Positions 25,201-35,000 of a stretch of 64,000 nt of DNA are shown piece by piece. Location of the stretch: assembly GCF_902459465.1 (NCBI RefSeq), contig NC_047064.1, positions 18,972,001-19,036,000 on the forward strand, read 5' to 3'. This DNA comes from Asterias rubens. Lineage: Eukaryota. Under the pieces are notes generated by a model. It had not been told where the DNA came from. It saw nothing but the letters and a program-made list of their open reading frames with translations, and did no database searches. The position numbers were made by a program, and so were the translations under genes. How positions within the stretch are numbered: position 1 is the stretch's first letter; each line of letters opens with the position of its first letter.

Positions 25201-28200
25201 ATGGTGTCCAAACGACAACCCTCTGGCTAACACTATGTCTGAGTCTGACCAATTGTCATTCGCTCTGGTTTTGAATAAGGAAATGAACGAGCAGGCGACA
25301 AAGTTTTAAAACTGGCAGGGTCGTGACCATGCGATAAGGACCAAGCCGAAGGCAATGTCCTTTGCAAGGCCTTGTGTCTGGCGATTTGCATAAACAAAAT
25401 AATAAATTTAGTTTTTTTAAATAGGTTTTTGATCTATTTTCTTATTTCTTGATTAGGAAGAGATGGCACCTGTTTCCACCGAGTCAGACGCATCTCCTTT
25501 ACCCAACAAGGATTCCGTACGAAGAATCAAGTGTCTTCAGCCCAATCAACATTGCCAACCCATGTATAGAGCATTACCCGAGATTAGTGGAGGCCACACC
25601 TTACACTGTCACCCTAGAGGCTGGAGATGTACTGTTCGTGCCCAAACACTGGTGGCACTTTGTGGAGTCCCTGGAAGTGTCGATCAGTATTAACACATGG
25701 GTCGAAGTGGTGAGTGAAATCATAAAGCCCTTGTCAGACTATCTCTTATCCCTGTAGAATACAGCCCTGGGGAGGCCCCAACAGCTTTTACCTCCGGTTT
25801 ACTTTTTTACCCAGACTGTCCCTGCTATGCCTAGGTTTCTATTCCACAGGGTTCCAGGTGCACATTTCAAGAATACCCTTGGGTTGTAAGACTAGTGTAA
25901 AAAGGGCTATAGATCCATAAACAAAACAATCACAATATTTTAGTAATACATCATGTGGACTTTGCTGCACCTGAGGACCACATTCAAGGGATTTACAAAG
26001 TGCTAGTTTTGTTGCAGTTGAAAACAATGTTGGAAGTCTCTTATGTGAGAGAATTTTTAACTTTAACTGGGGGGTCGGGTCGGCCTAGTGGTATCCTTCC
26101 ACGCCTTCCACCTCTAGTGAACTGGGTCGAATCCCAGCGGGGCACACCGTGGATTTGGTGTTTCAGTCCCTTCCTGGCTGCGTGGGTTTTCCTGGAATAT
26201 TTCTCTAGGGTTTTAGTCCGACATCTAAAACTGAAACTTCTTTCTGTGTCTTCTGCCCAGTGATTAAGTTCGCTTTTCTGGGATTCACCGGTTTCACAAC
26301 CACAACCTATTAAATCCTGTATACTCTTGTGACATACTTTCCCTACTTGAAATCAAATTTCTTAGGAGGTTTTATATGATTTTGTTTTTCCACAGGAAAG
26401 TGACAAAGTCAGCAGGGTTCATGAAGCAGTGACTAGAGCTATTGTTTCAGGATTAATGTCTAGTGCCAGTAACCAGAAAGACTGGGTCAATCCCACAGAG
26501 GTAAAGAAGTGCTTGGTGTTTAAATTCGTTTAGTTGAGTTTTTGTATATAAGGTTTATTATTGGGTTTTCCCCAATCACTGAACAAAAGGTTGCATTTTA
26601 AACTGAACAGCAAAATAGTAGCAACAAATCTAGTACAGTAAAAACAGCACCGAATATTTTGAAAAGCAATCTGTGAAAATAAGGGAATTAATGTGTGGTG
26701 AAGAGGTTTTCAACTAGTGGTTTAATCCCAACGAGGGATGGTTCTTGATAATTTAACCCTCGGCGGGTTTAAACCACTAGTTGAAAACCAATTCAACCCA
26801 CACTTTGATTCCCATTCATAAATACCTTTTCGGTCAAAAACATCAACCCCTTTTGGTCAAAAAGTAAAATAATTGCAAAAATTATAATTGTTCAATGATT
26901 TCTTTCAACACAACACCCCTCCAGCTATGAAATGGTAAACCCCTCCGCCGCCCTCGGGTAAACAACTCCTTATAAGGGAATGCTGTGCGCGGTGCGCGTA
27001 TCGCGTTATGTTGCACAATTATTTCAGTCGTTGCTCTCGACCAATAGGAATGAAGAAACTGTCTTATAAGAACAGGTGCAAGCTCGCGTGTCACGCCCAT
27101 GTTTCAACACTTTTTACTGGTCATAAACAAAGGTTTATACACACCCACGTAACGCGCTCTCCACCAATAGGAATAGCGAAACTGTCTGGGGTATTTATTA
27201 ATTTCTTTTTAAAGCTGCCAGAAAACACATATAAATTGGCATGTAAAACATCCCCAACCATGTTTTTTATTTATGTACCGTTCAGTCGTTGCTTCAACAG
27301 TCTGACATTTGTAGTTTTATGAATGTTTGGTGATCTTTGGCCATGCGGAATGGTCAGTACACTTTGTATGACATTCTCTAATGTTGCACTGCCAAGTATT
27401 GGTTTCTTTGAATAAACCTCAACTTTCAGTTTTTAAAACAAAATTCCATATTTTGTGATTCTGTATATTGCAGGCCATTTGTGAAGACGAGGTGAACTAT
27501 CGATACATCGGGGCTGCACTGCAGGACTGCTTAACCAAACAACCTTCACAGCTATCAACACAAGTACCTGTAGTCGACTTGTTACAATCCACCAGTAAAA
27601 CAGACAAAACAAGAATCAGCAACGACGATACGCCTCACAGATCACATCTTAGCCAAATAGAGGTTGCAAGCTCGGAAAGAGTTGTTAAGAAAATGAGAGT
27701 GGAAGAGATGCAAGGGGAAAGAAAGTCATCAACTGTTGATATGGACTCAGAAGAGACCGCAAATAATGAGAGCCAAAGGTGTGAGGGCGAATCCCTTCAA
27801 GTTAGTATTGGATCTCCACAGGCTGGACCTAAAGTGAAAGAGGAAGGAAGTACTACCAGTAGAGACAAGACAGCACTTATGACAGAAAGTGTCGAGGATG
27901 ACTCAAGTTTCACAGAATTTATACATGATTCACATGAAGAAGACAATGTATCAACGTCTCAGAAGACATTCAAAAGACGTCTTGGTGATGACACAGACTC
28001 TAATTCTCAATCACAACCTCATCATGGTGAACCAGTTAATTTAATATCGAACTTCATTGTGCCAGTTAAATGTCAAGGAGCGATTTACAAAACCGATCAC
28101 CATCCGACCACTTTGGGTAGTTGTGAAAGGTCTCTACAAGGGGGATCAAATATGCCAAAAGGGTCAGAGGTTAAACAAACTCTACCCGTCGCCGATATAA

Positions 28201-28316
28201 GACAGTTGCTCGTTGAGTGTGTTACTCACCCATCGGTTATTGATTTGACTTCAAAGCTACTGAGGGACAAGTTTTACCAAAAACGGACAAGCAATAGAAC
28301 AAACCACAGCATTTAG
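22258..28316 (+). CDS. HSPBAP1: HSPB1-associated protein 1, JmjC-domain 2-oxoglutarate/Fe(II) oxygenase; 6 coding exons, 573 aa
   Basis: Exons 22258-22435, 23842-24047, 24900-25036, 25457-25709, 26396-26500, 27474-28316. All introns are GT..AG, phases 1,0,2,0,0, total 1722 nt open frame. The translation has WKDFGFPNRDGRQSTIWIGS, TPGHYDTYGFNLVAQ (HxD iron motif), RKRWHLFPP..LYPTRIPYEESSVFS, LFVPKHWWHFVES (distal His), WVNPTE and a C-terminal LLVECVTHPSV helix. These follow the vertebrate HSPBAP1 sequence as I recall it. Confidence 0.93.
22844..23072. mobile_element. MITE with TIR GGGT(C/G)G(G/A)TTTCACAAAGAGT, left TIR interrupted by a 24-bp palindromic insert
   Basis: Removing 22857-22887 restores a TIR complementary to ACTCTTTGTGAAATCCACCC (23053-23072); internal CTAGTCCTAACTTAGGAC motifs. 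Confidence 0.7.
23405..23786. mobile_element. MITE family A in HSPBAP1 intron 1
   Basis: TTAA flanks 23401-23404 and 23787-23790; it ends 55 bp upstream of exon 2. Confidence 0.9.
26070..26300 (+). mobile_element. tRNA-derived SINE (head plus core), HSPBAP1 intron 4
   Basis: A-box-like GGCCTAGTGGT and B-box-like GGGTCGAATCC (26124-26134). The core TTTCAGTCCC..GGGTTTTCC..CTGAAACTTC is shared with 10811-10980. Confidence 0.65.
26685..27205. repeat. Second copy of the 9830-10240 repeat family, HSPBAP1 intron 5
   Basis: Shared blocks as above; internal IR GGTTTTCAACTAGTGGTTTAA/TTAAACCACTAGTTGAAAACC. Confidence 0.65.
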
Positions 28317-28374
28317 TTACCATGTGGTTGATCGTTAAGAAAACTGAACCCAAAACAAATGGATTCCAGCTATA

Positions 28375-28457
28375 AATAAATGTTTTAATAAAAGATTTAC
28401 TCCACATTATATTATTAAAAGAGCATAAAGAACTGCTTTGAAAATCTTTGAAATAAA
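28375..28457 (+). terminator. Candidate polyadenylation signals of HSPBAP1
   Basis: AATAAA at 28375, 28387 and 28452, followed by a T/GT-rich tract from ~28500; no transcript evidence. Confidence 0.45.
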
Positions 28458-28602
28458 AATTGTATTTGGAATTTATATCAACTAGCAGATATCCCACTTA
28501 TTTGATTGTCTGTTGGTTTTTTGGGGGTTTTGTTTGGGGGGTAGTTTTTATTTATTTATTTTTTTTTATTTGTTTGCTGGGGGTGCATTTGTGTTAGTTT
28601 GT

Positions 28603-28633
<31 letters not shown>

Positions 28634-29027
28634 TTTTAATTTTTTTTTTTTCTTTGGGGGGGGGGGGTGTTTGTTGTGTTTGTTTTTATCTAAAACCATA
28701 ATGTCCATTTCCTTGAGCTGCAGTCATGACAAAAAAATACTCTCAGATAGGTTGGAAGCATGGGGGGGGGCAGCCACCTTTTTGTGTACATCAAAATTGC
28801 CACTGTCGTAGTGCTTTTCAATATGTACATTTTTTCTTCTAAATCGAGTAAAAAAGGGAATCCGTAAAACGAAAATCATAATTTTTGTTAGGATGTCAAT
28901 TCTAAACAGCAGAAGAAAAAAAAAGTTGCGTGTCAGAAAGGTTGACTGTTTGTTTAGATTATGAACAGAAGCGACTAAGCCAGTCTATTTCAGTGTAAAA
29001 CAAAAACACTTGCACTTTTTGCAAAAC

Positions 29028-29061
29028 TGACGTCGAGTACTTGATTGAGTGCGTGACGTCG
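29028..29061 (+). promoter_or_regulatory. Two CRE-like TGACGTCG motifs in the aminopeptidase proximal promoter
   Basis: TGACGTCG at 29028-29035 and 29054-29061 (7/8 match to TGACGTCA), 30-60 bp upstream of the first ATG. Confidence 0.35.
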
Positions 29062-29091
29062 TGCATAAAATAACAACAGTGTGAACGGACT

Positions 29092-32000
29092 ATGGAACAA
29101 GAAATGGCCGCCGCCATGTCCGCTGGTTACAGAGTTCTAGAAGAGGATCCAGCTGATCAGCTGGATTTCCAGGATTCCAGTTCCTTTCGAGACGATGAGG
29201 GGTATCCCAACCCCAGGATTCAATCAGCCGGTTCACACGGTGGCAGAATCATGAGATTTTCCAAGGAAAGGGCCTGCACCAAGCGCTCGGCTGTGCTGTT
29301 GTTGTGTGTGGTGTTGCTGGCCATATTCGTGATTGCAGTGATCGCTAGTTTAGCTCGTCCGCAGTGCATGCCGCCGCTACAGAAACCGTCCGTTGAAGTC
29401 GAAGCAACTGAAGAAACGAAGACGAAATCATACAGTGTCGCCACTACTCCCGCCGCGACTAAAGAGCCCACTACCACTGTCATCAGTGGCACGACAAAGT
29501 CACCGGCTATTGCAACAAATGGCGAACTGTTTCCATGGACTGATATACGGCTGCCAGAAACAACAAAACCTGTACACTATGAGCTCAATATGGTTACAAA
29601 TCTGTCCAATTTCAAAGTAAGCATTGTGACAAAAAGCCATTAGAAATGGACTAATTAAATACTAGGCCTATATAAGTTTTAAATAAGTAATATACAAAAT
29701 GAAAATAAGTAAACAAATAAATACATTATACAAATATATTAGTTCATTTTTAACAAAAATATCAACAAAACACAAGCTTGTCATGTCAACTGAACTGACA
29801 TATACATGACCTGGACATGGAGGCTTGGCCGTGTTTTGTAATTTTGTCACTCATGTCATTTGGGGCTGTTTCATCGTGATCAATTCAAAATAGGCATGAT
29901 TGAACGATAGCTGTACATGGTGTATAAACTCTCACCCAGCTATTGCACTCGCACACCCTCTCTCTGCATAGTGCGCATAGAGTAACGGGGTGAGAGTTCA
30001 TGAATTCATGTACAGCCACAGGCTAGCCCATCTTTTTGGACTGTTTGTATGGCTCTCTTTTAACATGATCGGTTATCATTGCCAACTTTGATACGATGGA
30101 TTTTGAAAGAGAGCCATAACAGCCCAATAATGTGGGCTAGTCACAGGCCTGCTTTGATCATGACGAAATAACTCCTTTAACCCTTCCCCTTTGGAGACTA
30201 TTCATTTCTGTCATCACTAATTGCCCTGTTATCGCTTCTGTAAACATTGTTAAACTAAATCAATTTTTTTTTAGTAAGATTTTCAACAAAATTGTTAAAA
30301 TTACATGGAACAGAAAATTTGTGCTCGATTTAGAAAAGAACCTCTTTTTTGAGAATGGAAGTACAGTTGTACGTGTCAAGTCAAATCTATTGGCCGCTAT
30401 GGGCATTTTGGTACGAGACGCATGTGATTAGCTGGTTTCCACGGTCTCTTTAATTGAAGGCAGTGGATATTGAGTTAGTGGTGGCTTTTGTTTCAAAACA
30501 ATAAAATCGAGCCCTGTATTGTATTGTACAATTATTTTTGACACTGAATTCCTCTTATCTGAGATGGAACTAATTTTAAGAGCTTTTTCACCCTTTCCCC
30601 TCAGGTGACTGGATCAGTAAACATCACGTTCACGTGCACTACTGGTGTCAATAGCATCGTCATGCATACTAAGAGTATGAACCTAACATCCCCAGAGAGA
30701 CTCCAATCTCTTGGTGGCAGAGCCCCTGCCGTCACCAAGATGCTCATTTATGAAGCCCACGAGCAAGTGTACTTTGAATTCAGCAATGCACTGAAGCCAT
30801 TGACGGAATACTCAATAATCATCTCGTTCTCCTACAAGCTCTCAGAGACTCTGGCGGGGTATTATCGGAGCTCGTATACGGAGAAAGGTAGCCAGAGGTG
30901 AGTTTGTCAGTTCTTGGTCCAGTGGTTTTCTTAGCGATGAACTAGGAACATCATCAGACTCCCAACAAATACAGCACCATACTCGCACCATAAAATACTT
31001 TGATGAGCTTCCTCAAGACATCATCGAGCTGTCCATCTTGGAGTAGTTCAAGGAGGCCATCAGCTGCGAGTAGGCATCCAGGGTCATGTTTTTACTTTCA
31101 CTAATTTCAATTTTTTGATATATTTGGCCACCCAATGAATACACAAACCATCCACCGTCGCCAGCCAAACCCTTGTCTAGGTGTGGCTGCATGCTCAGAG
31201 CAGCAAAAAAAGGACTGTTCTGTCTGCTTTCATCACCACTTCATTTTTTCCATAGGAAATTCACAGTTTTAAAGGCACACTTTGTTGGATGCGAGTACAA
31301 CAGGTCCTCGGCCTCTGTACACTTTTGTAACGATTCAATCAGCTATATCTTTGTACTTGCTTTTTTCAAAATGATTGGCCTTGGTGCCCCTTCAGAAGAT
31401 TCTCCCGCAATAGATGCCTACCAAGTTAACCTTCTCATATTTTATTTTATTCCAATAAAAGGTTTCTTGCCACAACACAGTTTGAGCCAACATCTGCAAG
31501 ACAAGCCTTCCCTTGCTTTGATGAACCTCAGCTAAAAGCCACGTTTTCCATGAAGATGACCCGTGATAAAAATCTCCTGTCTTTGTTCAACACGGAACTG
31601 TTGAAGACCACACCAATTGATGCCAACTCAGAGCAAGACGTGTTTAAAACTACGGTTAAAATGAGTACATATTTGGTTGCATTTGTGGTGTGCGACTTTG
31701 AGAAAATTTCAAACATCACATCCAGTGGTACAAATGTAAGTAACTTGTATATATAAAAACAAATCTTTAAAGAATTTGGGTACTTTTTGTAACACAGAAC
31801 ACAATGTCCAAAGATTTGCATTAAAGTTACACTGTTTGAAGATAATGATAATAGAAAGCTTCCCTTAAAATATTACTTGCTGAGGTGCTGTAGATTTTGA
31901 GAAATGAGTAAAACAATGCCACAAAAATACGTTTTACTTGTTAAATAGTTTTTTCGTCTTTGGTGACGAAAATTATGTTTGTGACTTGCTTTACTCATTT

Positions 32001-35000
32001 CTCAAAGAACTCCAGCACCTCAGCAGGTAATTCTTTAGGGGAAGCTTTTGTACCATCATTATTTATAACATGGCCGAGAACATGCTGGTCTTAAAGACAC
32101 TGGACACTATTGGTAATTGACAAAGACCAGTCTTCTCACTTGGTGTATCTCAACAAATGCATGAAATAACAAACCTGTGAACATTTGAGCTCAATTGGTC
32201 GTCGAAGTTGCGAGTTAATAATGAAAGAAAAAACACCTTTGTCACACATAGTTGTATGCTTTCAGGTACTTGATTCCGAGACCTCAAATGTCATTCTGAG
32301 GTCTCAAAATAAAATACGTGGAAAATTACTTCTTTCTTGAAAACTACGTTACTTCAGGAGAGCCATTTCTTGCAACGTTTTATACTATCAATGATCAACA
32401 GCTCCCCATTACCAGATTACTTGTTACCAAGTAAGGTTTTATGCAAATAATTATTTTTAGTAATTACATGTACCAATAGTGTCTAGTGCCTTAACTGCTG
32501 TTTAAGACCCCTCACCACACTGCTATTTTCTCATTTTAGGCATACACAAGTTAATATAATGCTTGAATTCACCATGTTCAAACATTGCACTGGCTGATAT
32601 TCTTTGATGAATTAACCACATTTAAGAATATATTTTTATACAATTTTGTAGATTTCTGTCTACACCAATCCAGAGAAGATCGGCCAAGCACACCTGGCCC
32701 TTGATGTACTTCAGAAGACAATCCCATTTTATGAGTCTTTCTTTGGAGTGGAATATCCACTTTCCAAGCAAGGTATTAGTTTGCATGTCACCTTCCCTTT
32801 CTCTTTATAACTAGAAACCATTTAAGTTTTTCTTTTAGCCTTTGAGAAAGACTCTGCAAGGGTCAAAACATCAGGCCATTAACTAGGTCCTTTTGGTGGT
32901 TTGCAGCAGCTAAATCTATTTTCTCAGAAAATAATAATAACAAGCTCTCATCTACATTTTATAAATAAAGTTCTTACTGAAATATTTCTTGGCTTTCTGG
33001 AGAGTATTCAGCCCCGCGTTGCCTTGTTCTCCCTATTGAATTTATATCTTTGTCTGGTGTTGCCAGAGACATGGCGGAAGCAATTCAATTAAAGATTTTG
33101 ACAAAATAGGAAGATCTGCAACATCGCTATACATGTATGCACATGTAGAAAGCTAAGTTGGTAGAGTGCCCAAGAAATTCTATTTCTCCGGAAATTTGGT
33201 GCCCCAATCCCCCCCCCCCTCCCTATACTGTGAACTGTGTACAAACTACTTCTGATAGCGCCCTCTTGTGAAACATCTTCTTTCAGCCAACGTTAACTTT
33301 CCATATGGGGTATACCGTATAGAATCTCTGGGGACGGATTTCCGTTGGACACCGGCACATTAAACTGGAGGTTGCGGGTTCAAAGTTCTGCTCGAGTCAA
33401 GTTTTCTGTCATCAAAACAACAAAAAATTAAGTTTTACTGTAATCAAAACAAGTTTGCTAGTTTAACCACATTGTCTTCATCTACTTTATAATCTCACCT
33501 GATTATTCCACAGATATGATCGCCATCCCAGATTTCTCAGCAGGCGCTATGGAGAATTGGGGCTTGATTACGTATCGAGAGGCATCCATCTTGTACCAGG
33601 AGGGAGTGACATCATCGGGTAGGAAGGAGTGGATTGTACAGACTGTAACTCACGAACTAGCACATCAGGTGAGAGAAAAGAAAAGAAGAGTCTTCATTAA
33701 TCAATGTTTGATTATCTCTGCTACTCTTAGTAACATTTCTAGCTAAGTAGGATTTGAGGAAGGGTGTAGCATTCTCCTGAAGACGATCAGAGCGTACTGA
33801 TTGAAACGCCAGTGCAACAGATGTCATGGCCTTGTACTTTTATCCAAATAAACAAAATGTGCTCTTTGATCTACTTCTCCGGCACTGTTCCGAAAAGTTC
33901 ATTAGAATCAATGTCTGTATCACCAGGGGTTACCGAATGTAGGAAGTGCTCCCATTTCAATTTACCTCCTTAGATTATAAGGTTTCGCACGTGACTGTTT
34001 CAGCAGTTGTTGAGTTTGCACTTCATAAGTCTTTATTGTTCTTTTAGTGGTTTGGCAACTTAGTGACGATGGAATGGTGGAACGATCTCTGGCTCAATGA
34101 AGGGTTTGCAAGCTTTGTAATGTTCCTGGGATCAGACAATTACAACAAAGAATGGAAAATGGTGAGTAATTTAAGACGCAAAACCAATAAGCAAATTGAT
34201 TGTAACAAAAAATTTACGTAAGATAACCATTTTACATTTAAAAGTAAATTTTTCTCCATTTACAGAGTTCCTGCCAAGTTTCTGCATTAGTTCTGTATCT
34301 CTGTTATAGTTAAAAAAAAAAAAAAACAGTTCATGGCCTGACGTTTCAACCCTAGCAGAATTTGAGAAAGACTCTGCTAGGGTCGCTACAGAAGACCAAT
34401 AACTATGTTTTGCATTTATTGTAGTTTTGCATTTATTAAATACCGTAGTTCCTTTTTGTTACTAAGTAGTTTGCAGCGTCTAATTCCATTTTCTGGTTAC
34501 TTTTTTTATAATACCTAAACTGCAAGTATAACGTGCCTTTTCGATACTTCAATGAATGTTTCAATTGAATTGATTTATCTTGCTTTGCTTTGGTTTTTGT
34601 TTTTTAACTACAGATGGATCAGTTTACAGTATTCACAACGCAGAATGCACTGTGGGTGGATAGTCACGGTAACTCGCATCCAATCTCAGTGGATGTCAAA
34701 GATCCGAGTGAGATCAACGCCATCTTTGATGGCATTTCTTATGACAAGGTAAAAGACATGGCGGCTTTCGCTGCAGCTTGGTAGTAGGCACCACATTGAT
34801 ATGCATTGATGTACGTGTATAGACCAGTATCACAATGCGGCCATCTTGATTTTTCTCCCATTCAAATTAATGTCACCAAATCTAGGCTGGATGGAGAAAT
34901 AAATCTGGTTCTGTTTGATACCATGAATGTTTGCATTCAGTAGTTTGGTTGAATACAAGGAACGTGACCGAAATGGTGGCGTCATGATAATGGTCTCTAA

